A stretch of 64,000 nt of DNA from the human T2T-CHM13v2.0 reference genome, Homo sapiens (GCF_009914755.1 NC_060933.1); one strand, 5' to 3'. Shown: positions 29,013-44,392, counted from the first letter of the stretch. Program-made: numbers and translations. The notes: a model not told the origin generated them from the letters alone.

Positions 29013-29656
29013 CAGTCAAATCTTCTTATTTACAGCTGTTATAGTGCATAAAGCCACCACAAATGCTGAATTCATGAAAACAGAGCCATTGTTCTTAGGG
29101 GAAATACAGGGTTAGGTTCCTGCCAGACTTGGGGCACAGTTTTGTCAGCAGATCAATACAGAACCTTGTTTTCTATGTGTTTCTGTTCAAAGACACCTGT
29201 TTAACATATATCGTTGCATCATTAACATTGCACTCATGGCTAACAGCACGGTAACTCATGCCAGAATGAAGCTTACCTAGCACGTGTTATTTTCTCTTCA
29301 TCACAACCTTCTTGCATTTAGGAACACTAGGTAGCACTTCAGCACTACGACTGGGGGACATTCTAGAATAGCTGGTGCAGTCACCAATACAAAGCAGGAA
29401 AAAATGTGGTGCCCAACAGATGGTGAAAAGAACACTGGTTTACAGGATGAGAGCTGAAACAAGAAGGCGGTGTGTGCCCTTGTTATATATCACCTGGAAA
29501 TGGGAGTTAAGTGTTGGGCAACTCAAATTTTTTGTCCATGAATGTGTGTGAAAATTAGAAAACACCACAAGTATTGATTTGGAGGTTACAAATCAATTTT
29601 ATTATAGCATGTAGGGAAATTCAGATACAGAACCAGTAAATAATGAGGATGGACTG
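29013..29656 (+). mobile_element. MER82-like Tigger DNA transposon
   Basis: Degenerate TIRs cagtcaaatcttcttatt / aataatgaggatggactg; internal ggggaaatacagggttaggttcctg. Confidence 0.75.
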
Positions 29657-31700
29657 TACCAACATAGATAGTTGGGGATACCTGGTGTCACAGGCCAGGC
29701 ATTGTCCATGTGTTTTGGTTTTCCTCTTTGTAGCCAGTAGGGTGAGTCCACAAACACAGGGTACAAGTTAAGGCACAGTTCTTTACCTTAAAGCTATTGC
29801 TCAGGGACACATCCGCCTTATTAGTTAGGGGTCTGTTACCTCCCTCTAGAGCCTTCTTGTTAGCACCCTGGAAGCTTCCTTTTCTAAAACAGGGAGTCTG
29901 TTCTGCTTCCATTTCCAGATGGAAGGACTACTGGAGAGTGGCCCAGGCCCCCGCTGCTACTCTTTCTCACCATATGTCATGGTCATGGAAACCCCCCCAC
30001 CGCCAGCCTAACAGATGTCTATCTTCCTCCCCACTCAGAGGCCTTGCTGGGCCCATCTCTCTGACCAATGGTGAAGGTGTGCCTGCAGTCACTGAAGTCT
30101 CAGCTCAGTTGGCTTGCTCCCCTGGGTCTCAGCCACACACTACAGGGACACTGGCCCATCCACCCACTGCACTGAGTCTGTCGGAGGCTGAGGTTCAGCC
30201 CAGACTGTGTCCTTCCTCATAGCGATTTATCTCAGGGACTTGTTTTCTGGTCCGGATCCTTGCTCTGCCTCTACCTCCGGGACCATTGTGGATGAGGGAT
30301 CTGCCTCTTCTTTCCCAGGTCTTGGGCTTCAGATGAAACACAGTCCACTGCCTCTGCCCCAGCCAGCTCTGCATGCTCCATGGCAGGGTGCCTGCTTGCC
30401 CTGCATTTGCATAACTAGTAGGGCTGCTTGGCAATACAAGAAGGTCTTGCTCTAAGGCTTCTCATCAGGCCACTTCATGGAAGTCTCTTCTGAGTCCTTC
30501 CAGCAACCCTGCAGGGTAGCAATAAAATTCTCATTTTATAGATGAGAAAACTGAAGCTCAGAGAGACGCTGTTGGAAGGAACTTGTCCAGGCCCTGTGGC
30601 TGATAGGAGGTAGAACTGGGCTTGGGGCCTGTACTCTGCAGCGCACCTCTTGCTCTGCTCTGCAGAGCCCATGGGTTCTCAGCTGGACTCCCACTCAGCC
30701 CCTCTCTGGCTCTGGGCTCCATGGTCATTTGCTTCTGCCTCCTCCGTCTTGCCCAGCACCATAGAGTAGAAACACCCACTCTTTCCTCATGCACAGTCTG
30801 GAACCCATAGTTCCCTTTTCCTGAGGGTTCCCAGAGAATATTTTAGGGGGGCACTGAATGCACCCTTAGGCTTCATGTCCAAGGCCAAGTGCTAAATGGA
30901 TACTTGGCTGAAGCTGGGGGCGCAGTGACTTTCACCAGTGAAAGAACTCTGGGAAATAGCAGAAATCTGAAATCTTATTCAAACATGTACTTATTATTAC
31001 CATTTTGTTCAATATTTAACTTGTCAGCTTTTAATTGTTTAACATGACAGTGCAGGTACGGTAATATTTCTGCACTCAGCATTTTTCTTGTGGCTGCACA
31101 TTTGCGATACTAAATAGAGGCTTGCTGTATTTAATTATTCAAAAGCTCTCAGTCATTAGTTTTGCCCATAAAACCAAACTTGCATAAGTATTTCTTTTTG
31201 CTTATTTCATACTGAGAACATGATTACATCTAGAATATTTACCTGTGTTTGAAAGTGGATATTCAGATATTAGTAGTAAACCAGAAAGTCATGGCATATG
31301 TTTCGGTGAAACTGACATTTCCCTGGTTGGGTTTCAGGATGACTTCTGATCACAAGCATGGGTCACAGGTCCGGGATCCATAGATGCCAGTGCAGCCCCA
31401 GGGCTTGGCTCCTTCACTCCATCAGCAGGCGGGTTGTCCTCTACCCTTGTGCACCTGGTCACACCCCCCTGCCAACAGAGCACCTAGGAATGGAATTGTC
31501 TGTGTGACAGCCTCTCATACTAGAAGCTAGAATTAGGTGCAAGGATGTTTTCTATCCTCTGTGCTCCACACAGGGCCTGGCATGCGACGAATGCTCCATC
31601 AAAGCTGGCTGGTGGTTAGTAAGTGAGCATCAGTGAACACAGGGGCTTTGAAAGGAAGCACTAGGACCCATGGGGTCTCACTGTTTTGTTGTTTTCTCAG

Positions 31701-31832
31701 GAACCTTTTGGGGATGTGACAGAGAGGAAGCAGCTCCGGGACAAGCTCCAGTGTAAAGACTTCAAGTGGTTCTTGGAGACTGTGTATCCAGAACTGCATG
31801 TGCCTGAGGACAGGCCTGGCTTCTTCGGGATG
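31701..31832 (+). CDS. GALNT12: GALNT12 exon 7 (132 nt; [10 protein letters not shown]...[14 protein letters not shown]...FFGM)
   Basis: tctcag|G acceptor, TG|gtgagt donor; CKxFxWFL motif. Confidence 0.97.
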
Positions 31833-33316
31833 GTGAGTGAGGGTGGTGGGCCCACGGCAGGCAGGGACTTCCCTGGCCTCTGGGTCTGCTCTGCAAATCC
31901 TGGGCAAGAAAGGCCACGTCATGGGGAGCACTGGCTTCCTCCACTCCCACCCGCCTGCCCACCCCCCACCACCTTTTTATCCACTGCCCTTCTTTCTCCC
32001 TGTGAGCGTCTGGGCCGTAGGTGCAGAATGTCAGAGCTGGAAGCCATCTCAAAATTGACAACTATTTTGTAGGTAAGGAAACTGAGGCTTATCTGGTGTT
32101 TCCATGTCCTAGTTTTTACCAACGCCTTATCATATTACTTCTAGTCTCAATGGCTGGACTAGTTAATAATTCCAAGTTTGGAAGTCTACAGAGGCAATAG
32201 TGGGTATAGGGGAGTCACTTCGAGTATTTCAAAAAACCTAAAAAATGTTTTTGGGATGAGACCAGATAAAATGTCCAGTGTCTTTTGTTTTTGCTGGGAA
32301 TGACACCAGCTTAGCAAGGTCTCCTCTGCTGTGATGTGTTGATCAGAAGTGCTGGTGTTCCATTCTAGAAGTCTTTGATACATATAAAGCAGGATATTCA
32401 TGTTACATTCTATTTTCATTATGAAAATATTCAAACATATAGAAATGCAGAGAGAATGGTATGAGAATGGTATAATGAATACCATCCCTGAGATTCTAGA
32501 ATTTTCAAGATCCTGCCTCTCTTTATCTCTTTCTCTCTCCTGTACTTCACCTCCACATTTTCCTCTTTTTAAGCAAATCCCGGGCATTGTGTCATTTCTC
32601 TCCTCTGCATTTTATGCATTTTCATAACATTTGGACATTATCTTACAAAACCGTAGAAATGAACAAGTATTTCTTGGTATCATTTAATGTCTAGTTCTAA
32701 TACATATTCCCCCAACTTTTCCAGTTTCTCTTTGAGTGGCTGGCTAATTCGAATTGGGATCCAAACAAGGTGCACACATTGCATGTGATGGTTGTGTCTT
32801 GTCTCCTAAATCTCTTTTAATCTAAGGCAGCCCTCTTCCTTTTTCTTGTTAATATCTTTAACTTGTTGAAAAAACAATATGTTACCTGTGGAGTGTCTCA
32901 CTCTTGCAATTGCTATTTTTTTCTTTGTGGTGTCTTCAAGTTGTGCCTCTCTCCCCCATATTTCTTTAAGATAGAAGTGAGTTCTAAAGGTTTGATTAGA
33001 GTCAGGATCCACCTTTTTGGCAAGAACACTTTGTGGGTGATGTTATGTGTTCATGTTGTGTCATATCAGGAGCATAGGAAGTATGGTCATCTTTAGTGAT
33101 AAGGTTGACCAGTGGGTTAATGGAGTATCCCTCACCTGGACCAGTCATTATAAGACCCCCATCAGCCTCTGTCTCATGTTTTTAGTAGCCACTGATAACC
33201 ATTGCCTAGGCCCATTATTTCAAATGGAGTTGCCAAATGGTGATTTTTCTCTTTCATTTCTTCCACATTTATTAGCTGAAATTTTTCATAAAGAAGAACA
33301 CTCCCTCATTAACTAA

Positions 33317-33725
<409 letters not shown>

Positions 33726-33877
33726 TAAGAGTTGGTATTTTAGTTTCCTCCAGTTGTATCTACTGGGTTGTTTTTTTTTTTGTTGTGGCTCATTGTTTTT
33801 TTTGGCTTTTTCTCTTCTTGAGTGTCATTGTAAACTAATGGGTGTTTAAATAGCCGGTGTGCTTCAATCAATTCATC

Positions 33878-34187
33878 TTTTCTTCTTTGTATTGTTTTTT
33901 GAGACAGGCTTCTATTCTGTCACCCAGGCTGGAGCACAGTGGCACCATTGTAGCTCACTGTAGCCTGGATCACTGGGCTCAAGTGATCCTCCCACCTCAG
34001 CTTCTTAAGTAGCTGGGACTACAGGTGAGCACCACCACACCTGGCTAATTTTTTATTTTTATTTTTAGTAAAGACTAAGGTCTCGCTATGTTGCCCAGGC
34101 TGGTCTTGAACTCCTGAGCTCAAGCATTTCTCCTGCCAAGGCCTCCCAAAGTGCTGGGATTACAGGTATGAGCCACTGTGCCCAGCC
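33878..34187 (-). mobile_element. Alu (J-like)
   Basis: TSD caattcatctttt. Confidence 0.93.
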
Positions 34188-34440
34188 CAATTCATCTTTT
34201 TAAAAAATATATGAAAATTGTTTTTGGCCAGTGGGAGTCCCTTTATTTTGGCTTCTGAGGTCTTTGACACCTTACAGTGGCGTTGATAGCCTCCTTGATT
34301 CTGGCCAAGTTGTCCCATTCGAGTTTTAAACATTTCCTGCCATTCCTCCCAGAAGCCCTGCTCCTTTGTTGGGTAACGGTATTGGGAGTCAGTCTGGATG
34401 CTGGCGGTGCCCGTTGCTATGCGTTGTCATTGCCTCCAGA

Positions 34441-34740
34441 CCATGCAGTTTAACAGAAATATAATGAGAGCCACCGTTGTAACTTAAATTTTTTTAGTAA
34501 CCATATTAAAAAAAAAGTAAAGTTAATGAAATGTTTAACTCAGTATATCCCAAATAATATCATTTCAACATATAATTAATATAAGTATTTATTCATTGAG
34601 GCATTTTACATTCTTTTTTCATACTAAGCCTTGAAATCTGGTGTGAATTTTATACTTATAGCATATCTCAATTTGGATTAGTTACATTTCAAGTGTCCAG
34701 TAGCCACAGTGGCCAGTGGCCGCCACATGAAATAGCACAG
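34441..34740 (+). mobile_element. MER33-like hAT-Charlie element
   Basis: aacagaaatataatgagagccac...tagccacagtggccagtggc...atagcacag. Confidence 0.7.
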
Positions 34741-35097
34741 CTCTAAATTTTTCTCATTGGGCAGAGAAAGGAAATTCGTATTTTTGAGAAACAGATCATG
34801 AGCTTATATTAATATCTGAAAATCCAATGTAGTCTTGAAAAATTTTCTTTGATAGCATACTCATATTTCTTTTTTCTTACCCTGAAAATCTTGGTTTTAA
34901 ACAATATTAACATAATTACTTATTTTCTTTATCCTAAAATATATTGAAAATAGTTTCAAGATAATTAATACAGTACTACAGCTTAGAGTATTATACTGAA
35001 TGAGGTTTATAATTTCTTTGCAGCTCAGTTTGTTTATAGAATATATTTCATAGGTGGTATTTTCAAACATACCATGCTCTAAAGTGATTTAAATTAA

Positions 35098-35405
<308 letters not shown>

Positions 35406-35794
35406 TAAAATAATTCTTTCTTTGTGTCTATCGCCTGCTTGATTTAGTTAGCTTAATTAATCTAGTTCGAGGTATCAACCCAGGTATATTTGGACTTGCA
35501 CAGCAGTAAGGCTGCTACTAATGAGAAAGAAAGAGAGAGGAGCTTTCAGGCCATGAAGAGTTTATCTCTCTGGTCCTCAGGCTTATCAACTTAAAATAGG
35601 GGTAAGGATTCTTGCCTGCAGAACAAGGAAGCACTTTTAAAGCTAGAAGGTGCTGTACAGAAAAGACTCTTACCTTTGCGTCTAGCTCTTGAAGCAGGCT
35701 CTCCTCTCATGCCAGGTACCCTCCCCAAGCCTTGTGTGGCATCTGTTAGTGTCTATAAATCTGGACTGAAATGCCACATTTATGTTTTATTTAG

Positions 35795-35908
35795 CTCCAG
35801 AACAAAGGACTAACAGACTACTGCTTTGACTATAACCCTCCCGATGAAAACCAGATTGTGGGACACCAGGTCATTCTGTACCTCTGTCATGGGATGGGCC
35901 AGAATCAG
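35795..35908 (+). CDS. GALNT12: GALNT12 exon 8 (114 nt; LQNKGLTDYCFDY...LCHGMGQNQ; lectin alpha repeat)
   Basis: atttag|C acceptor, AG|gtaggt donor; not in the ORF track, translated by hand; CFD...CHG.G.NQ ricin-B motif. Confidence 0.95.
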
Positions 35909-37675
35909 GTAGGTATGAGCCTCAAAAGAGGAGAAAGCTGTGTGTTTTGTTAAAAAAATTAAATAGTTGAATTTTTTTCTTGTAAAAGTAATATTTGGGA
36001 AATATAAAAAGTAGAAGCCTAGGGTGGCCAGACTCAGAGAGACCACTGTTAAAATTAAAATGTGTTTTCTTCCCATCATTTTTTACACATAACACACAGA
36101 GATTATGTGTTGTAAATAGTTGTCATAATGTCTGTATGTTTTATATTCCATTATTTCCATTCCCTTCATCTACTTTTCTTATGTTATTAGATACCCCTTG
36201 AGAATATCATTCCTAGTGGCCACTTGATATTTCATTTTGTACCTGTATTACTGTTTCGTTAACTGGTTCCCTGCCTCCCTGTCTTTGCAATTATAAATAA
36301 CCCTGCCTCTAACACCTTGGGTCAGACAGAAGGAAGGATAAAGTAACAGATCTGCATTTCAGATGATTTCCTTAGAATTAATTGTTAAGTGGAATGACAG
36401 GTTTAATGCATAGGGCCACCTTGCAAGGTGGTGTTTAGGGACATTGCCTCAGCTGGGGGCCAGGTGTATCTGTCTGGGTGAAGGGCTGTAATTCAGGCTG
36501 GGCAGGGGAGATTCAGTCCTGGGGGAGTCTGAAGACCAGAAAAGGACCCCCAGCCCTGGAAAGCAGTTGACAGGACCCTTGGAGGATGCAGGAATGGAGA
36601 GAAGTGTTGGTTCTGGGCCTCTGAAGCTTCACCGTACCAAGGAGTTATCAGACACCAGGAAACAAAGGGATAGAGATTCAGATGTTGTTTTTTCCAATCT
36701 GGATTCACCCCAATGCCACTTGAATATGAGGCCTTCTTATGGTCAAGAGTAAACTTTCTTAATTCCAACCCCTGCAACCTTAAATTATTTAGGTTTTCAA
36801 CACTGTTTAGAACAGCCTTCCTCAAAGCTGATGGTACCTGAGTGCTACCATCAGCATCATCTGGGAGCTTGGAAATGCACATTTTCAGACTGATCCCAAC
36901 ACTACCGAATCCCAGACTCTTGTTTTAAGCAGCTTTTCAGGAGATAATGGTGTGACAAGCCCTGCTCTGTGCGCCTTAAGAACACCCACCTGTGTCAGAA
37001 TTTTTGAAAGGGGCTGGTGGGGTGGGTGGGTGTCTTGTCAAAGATGCAGAAAATGCAGCTTCCTAGGCCCCACCTCACACATAAGGAATCCTTATTCCGT
37101 CTCTGGGATGGGGCCAGCAATCAGCATTTTTAACAGTCACTGTAGGTAGTTCCTAGTACACTCAGGTAGGAAAACCATTGTCCGGGAAGAACCAAGTCTT
37201 CCCGTTAGCGGTCACATTGTCTGCTTGTGCACAGCACTTTACATCTTCTAGGAACTGTCATATTGGGGGTTTGGGAGGAGAGACTGAGGAAAAGGAGAGG
37301 AAGTAGCTAGTCAAGGTCACAGAGAGCCCCCAAGAGCTAGTGCTGCGATGGGTCCATTTCCCTTCCTCCCATCCCACACCAACACAGCATTCAGCACTGC
37401 AGGCAGGAGGTGACATGCACCAGCCCTGTCTCCCTGTCTAGCAAGCTGGGCAGGCATGGGAAGGGCCATTTCCTCCACGCTCATGAAGCACTGCAGTAGC
37501 GGTTCACTGAGGGCTGTGGGATGCGGAGGAACCCATCACACAGGCTCGTGTTGGTGGTGACGCAGGTGCATGACCCCACCCATGCTCTCGTGATCCCAGG
37601 TTCTTGTCCAGCGATCTTTCCTCTTCCCACATCAGTGGAAAATGTTGTGTTACATGTTGGCTGCCCCATTTTTAG

Positions 37676-37822
37676 TTTTTCGAGTACACGTCCCAGAAAG
37701 AAATACGCTATAACACCCACCAGCCTGAGGGCTGCATTGCTGTGGAAGCAGGAATGGATACCCTTATCATGCATCTCTGCGAAGAAACTGCCCCAGAGAA
37801 TCAGAAGTTCATCTTGCAGGAG
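37676..37822 (+). CDS. GALNT12: GALNT12 exon 9 (147 nt; FFEYTSQKEIRY...CIAVEAG...QKFILQE)
   Basis: ttttag|T acceptor, AG|gtaggt donor; translated by hand, frame continuous with exons 8 and 10. Confidence 0.95.
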
Positions 37823-38161
37823 GTAGGTGAACTCTCTCCTTCCTTCCTGCTGACAGTCCCTGGGCTATAAGGGAGAGTGTGAGAGTCAGACGTTCTCTCT
37901 GGCATAGTCCTGGTGAGGATCAGGGATGTGGCCATGCATGGACAGGAGCTCTGGAAGACCTGGAACCTCAGTCCCAGTGAGCCTGGGGGGCGGTGATGGC
38001 AGGAGATTGGAGTCCCCTGGCACACGGTGTCATTAGCACTGCCTTCCTTCCTCATTGTCCAGTCCCTTTTAGTCTTTTCCATTTCCCTTGCACCCCCATG
38101 AGCTGCAGGCACCGACATGGAAACAGCTCTTACAAATGCATTCAGAGATGAAAGGGCTTTA

Positions 38162-38574
<413 letters not shown>

Positions 38575-39475
38575 GGTGCAATAATAGCAGACTTACTTTA
38601 CTGAGGATTAGATGCATAGCCAGAAATATTCTTTGGAAACTATAAAGCTCGATAGAGATTAGTTGTTGCTTGTGGTATTATAACCAAGAAAACACCTCTG
38701 ATAGAGTAGTCTCCCTGGATAGTCACAGTTGATTTGAAACTGAGGGTTACCTCAGACCTGAGGGTGCTGGCCCCACCACACTTGCAGTCAGCTTGCATCA
38801 GGACTTGTAAATCGATCATATCCTTTGACTCACTAAAAAGCATGTGAGGGAATAAATCCAAAGAAAATCATTTGAAAGAAAAAAATTCATTGTTTTTTAT
38901 CTCCCTGGGCAGCTTTCACTCCCAATATACTGCTTATAAATGGGTTTATTCTAAAGATGATTAAAAGCTGGAATATGTTTTCCTGCAGAAAAATGTTGTC
39001 ACTAGCAATGACATTTGCAGGCTGCCCAGAAAAGCCACACACCATGGTGTTACCTATTGAATACAGGAAAATAAGAAGGAAAAATACTTCTGCACACCCC
39101 AGACGTCTCTGATCTTCTTGAATGTCCTCCTCTTCCCATCTTTCTCCCAACCAGAAGCCATTGTAAGCCCTCAAGGAATGGTAGTGGACACTAGAAACAA
39201 TAAAATCAGTTTGACATATCAAAAATTTTATCTTAAATTTCAGTGACCATTTAAGGAAAAGGAAGTTTGTTCAGGAGGCTGGGAAGAAGGATACTGAATT
39301 GGATTTTTTACCTTTCTTCAGGACGCTTAATACTTTGATTCATATGTGAAAAGGATACAGCTTGATTTATTATATTTCATCAGTCATGCCCTAAATATAT
39401 ATATATAAAACAAATATATATTGAACAGAAACATATGTGAATTCTGAAGGAAATGTCCCCACTTATATTCACTAG

Positions 39476-39813
<338 letters not shown>

Positions 39814-40418
39814 TTGTATTTTCTTATGTAGGCCTAAAAACCTCTGAAATGTCATTTCTTGGATTCTACAAAACATGAGTTTGGATTTTTTTGAATGAAA
39901 AAAGTTCCATTTAGTGAACAGCACATCACAAAGGTTTTTCACTGATGTTGTTATTCACTCTGCCTGTTTGCTGCTCAGCCATGATTAAGTTCGTTGCATA
40001 CAGCTTATAACAGAGAGGCAGAGGGAAAAGATAAACACCAGGCCTGAGAGAGAGACTTGCTGAGATAATTGAGCAAGGGCTGGCAGAAAGGAGAGAAGCA
40101 GGAGGTCATTAAAGAAGACCATCGTCTTTGGGGTTTGGGAATTGGCACAAGGCATATAACCCACTGATTCTCTGATGTGTGACAGGTGAGTAGCTCAGGC
40201 CAAGTGACTGGCTTCCTCATCCATCTGGTCTGTGGCTGAGCTGGGACTACAGCCAAGTTTCCACACTCTGTTTAAATACCTAAGAGAAAGAGATCACCCT
40301 GCACGGAATGAGTTGACCTAAGAGGAGTGAAAGAGATAAACAAAGGATCTTTGTTCCTGATTTCCCTGAAGGAAGCCAAATGCAATAGGGAGATGTAGGG
40401 TATGACACATGCCCAGAG

Positions 40419-40437
40419 CAGCCAGCAGGTGGCACCA
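40419..40437 (+). promoter_or_regulatory. Candidate CTCF binding site
   Basis: CAGCCAGCAGGTGGCACCA matches CCASYAGRKGGCRS at every position; local CpG retention. Confidence 0.65.
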
Positions 40438-40650
40438 TCGGTCCTGTGAGAGGCAAGCGGGACGCAGCCTGTACAAGCCTGGTGCTGTGTCCCCGGGACA
40501 GTCCTGAGTTGCTGCGTTACACGGAAGACACTTACCCCTCAATAAATATTTCTGAAATGGTAAAAATCAGACCCTGATCTCTTTAAAACATGTCTTTAGG
40601 AAAAAGAGACTTTTCTGATGACTTGCCTGTCATTCTGTTATCTTTTGTAG

Positions 40651-40791
40651 GATGGATCTTTATTTCACGAACAGTCCAAGAAATGTGTCCAGGCTGCGAG
40701 GAAGGAGTCGAGTGACAGTTTCGTTCCACTCTTACGAGACTGCACCAACTCGGATCATCAGAAATGGTTCTTCAAAGAGCGCATGTTATGA
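40651..40791 (+). CDS. GALNT12: GALNT12 exon 10 coding part (DGSLFHEQSKKCVQ...HQKWFFKERML*)
   Basis: ttgtag|G acceptor; QKW ricin motif; TGA at 40789-40791. Confidence 0.96.
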   Translation, partial: DGSLFHEQSKKCVQAARKESSDSFVPLLRDCTNSDHQKWFFKERML

Positions 40792-41057
40792 AGCCTCGTG
40801 TATCAAGGAGCCCATCGAAGGAGACTGTGGAGCCAGGACTCTGCCCAACAAAGACTTAGCTAAGCAGTGACCAGAACCCACCAAAAACTAGGCTGCATTG
40901 CTTTGAAGAGGCAATCATTTTGCCATTTGTGAAAGTTGTGTTGGATTTAGTAAAAATGTGAATAAGCTTTGTACTTATTTTGAGAACTTTTTAAATGTTC
41001 CAAAATACCCTATTTTCAAAGGGTAATCGTAAGATGTTAACCCTTGGTATTTAGAAA

Positions 41058-41063
41058 ATTAAA
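41058..41063 (+). terminator. Candidate proximal poly(A) signal ATTAAA
   Basis: Hexamer with T-rich sequence downstream. Confidence 0.35.
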
Positions 41064-41756
41064 ACCTTATAATATTTTTCTATCAAGATGTATATTTTAC
41101 AGTCGTGCCTTTTACTCTCATTAGCAAAAAAGATAAAGATTTTATTTTGGTATTTACAAGAATTCCCAGGTACGAAGATATCTGCATGGGTGGAAATCAG
41201 GTTCAAGCAACGTACTTTGCATTAACTGATAATACCTCAGCTGCGGGGTTAAAGTTTTCCCAGTATAGAGAGACTGTCACTAGGAACATTGTATTGATTT
41301 ATTCAGGTCATTGAGATCTTCTAGATGTATTTTAAAAAGAATGCTTTTTGGTTATGTGTTGCTACCACAGTTAACACTCCATAATGTTCATGTCAGCCAA
41401 AGAGGACTAACCAAAGCTGAAATCTCAGAGAACAATTTGCTTTACTAAGCTGAGTCAACTTGAGAGCGAACTTCTAACAATGCCGCACTGTAGTGTGGCT
41501 GGTTCTACCACTATGACTTTAAAACATGTTTATATCATTTTTAATTTTTATGATACGGTAGTGTCAGGGAGAAATGTAATGTTCTATATGAAATTCCTTT
41601 TTCAAGTTTGTTCATTAATAACAGTTATTAATTTAAATCAGCGTTAGAGTTTGTGCTGCTGCAACTGCTGTGAAAATTTCTCTGAGTAATTCTGATTTGT
41701 GAATGATCCCAGACCAACCCTGAGATTTTGTCAACCTGATTAAGTCAATATGAATG

Positions 41757-41762
41757 ATTAAA
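41757..41762 (+). terminator. Distal poly(A) signal ATTAAA
   Basis: ATTAAA, then a CA ~15 nt later and a T/GT-rich element (tcttttt gt) at ~41788-41796. Confidence 0.7.
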
Positions 41763-41798
41763 AAGATGTGAGAACACTGACTGCAGATCTTTTTGTAC

Positions 41799-42996
<1,198 letters not shown>

Positions 42997-43281
42997 GGAC
43001 CAATCAGATGGGAGCGATGAAGATACACGTGGAATTGATTAAAAGGTATCAATTTGTGTCTCAGGCTCTTTTTGACATACATTCTCCACTCAGATCCTGT
43101 CAAGGACCAGTTTAACATTTACCCAGAAACAACTTGGCTTGGGCTGGCTCGAATCCATCTGATGCAACTTAACTTATCTGTACTTCAGTTTCTTCATTGG
43201 AAAAACAGGGATAATTAAACCAAGATATGGGATAGCTGTGAGGATTAAATAACACATAGCAGGTCAGGGCTTAGGCCCTGG

Positions 43282-43896
43282 TGTTACCAGAAAGGGATCT
43301 GGATCTTGGATTACGCACAAGAAAGAATTCAGGGTGAGTCCAAAGAGTAAAGTGAAAGCAAGTTTATTAGAGAAGTAAAGAAACAAGAATGGCTATTCCA
43401 TTCTTGGGGGTCCAGAGTACCCCCGAGGACTACTGGTGGGCTATTTCTGTAGTTATTTCTTGATTATATGCTAAACAAGGAGTGGATGATTCATGAGTTT
43501 TCTGAGAAAGGGGCGAGGACTTCCCAGAACTGAGGGCTCCTTCTCATAGACCATATAGAGTAACTTCTTAGCATTGCCATGGCACTTGTAAACTGTCATG
43601 GTGCTGGGGGGAGTGTCTTTAGCAGGTGAATGCATTATAATTAATGTATAATAAGCAGTGAGGACCACCAGAGGTTGCTTTCATCCCATCTTGGTTTTGG
43701 TGGGTTTTGGCTGGCTTCTTTACTGCATCCTGTCTTATCAGCGGGTTCTTTGTGACGTGTATCTTCTGCTGACCTTCTATCTCATCCTGTGACTAAGAAT
43801 GCCTAACCTCCTGGGAATGCAGCCCAGCAGGTCTCAGCCTCATTTTACCCAGCCCCTGTTCAAGATGGAGTTACTGTGGTTTGAACACCCCTGACA
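43282..43896 (-). mobile_element. ERV1 solo LTR, MER41B-like
   Basis: Reverse complement begins TGTCAGGGGTGTTCAAACCACAGTAACTCCATCTTGAA and ends GGTAACA; perfect CTGG TSD; retains the STAT-motif segment. Confidence 0.88.
43500..43529. promoter_or_regulatory. Tandem GAS (STAT) motifs in MER41B
   Basis: TTCTGAGAA (43500-43508) and TTCCCAGAA (43521-43529), both TTCN3GAA. Confidence 0.6.
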
Positions 43897-44002
43897 CTGG
43901 CCCACAGTATGGGCTTATTAAATATCAGCTTCTATTTTCAGAAATGTACTTTAATATTTATTCAAAAATAAATATTAAGTAGTTTAGCTTTTTAAAATCT
44001 TT

Positions 44003-44392
44003 ATGGGATTAAACAGCTCTTTAGCAGGCAGGAATAGCTTTCGACACAGCTCAGTTCTCATAAATGTGAGGCAGTGTGGGCCAAGCTTCCCTTCCTACCG
44101 CTGTGGGAACTTGTGAAAACAGACGCAATGCCCCCCCTCAACCCATGAGTTAGGAAGTCCTACCCTGTCTCCCCTCCCCACCGTTTCTGTCACATCAGTG
44201 TGAGCTTGATGAAGGGGTGTTGGGCCCTCCCAGATGCAGGGAGACAGTTCAGGCAGACATAAAATTAATGCTGACAAAATCCATCAAGAGTGCAGGGAGG
44301 CTGCAGAGGTTGCATGTCTGGAGAGTCTGCCGAGCATGGCAGCTAATTAGTTTTGCTTGAGAAGTCGCCCCTCTAACTCCTGCATCCGCTTA
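44003..44392 (+). repeat. Dispersed ~400 bp duplicated element, copy B (downstream of gene)
   Basis: Same orientation as copy A, offset ~27.0 kb. Confidence 0.9.

Larger units (their letters stand above)
40792..41780 (+). other. GALNT12: GALNT12 3'UTR (AT-rich)
   Basis: Follows the stop codon; no recognisable repeats until the LTR at 41799; end approximate. Confidence 0.8.

Noticed and set aside
40541-40546. Intronic AATAAA hexamers (e.g. 38851, 40541)
   Set aside because: Common in AT-rich or old repeat tails; no supporting context
40652-40870. 72 aa ORF over exon 10 and 101 aa ORF over exon 9
   Set aside because: Alternative frames of real exons; the GALNT12 frame was confirmed by hand
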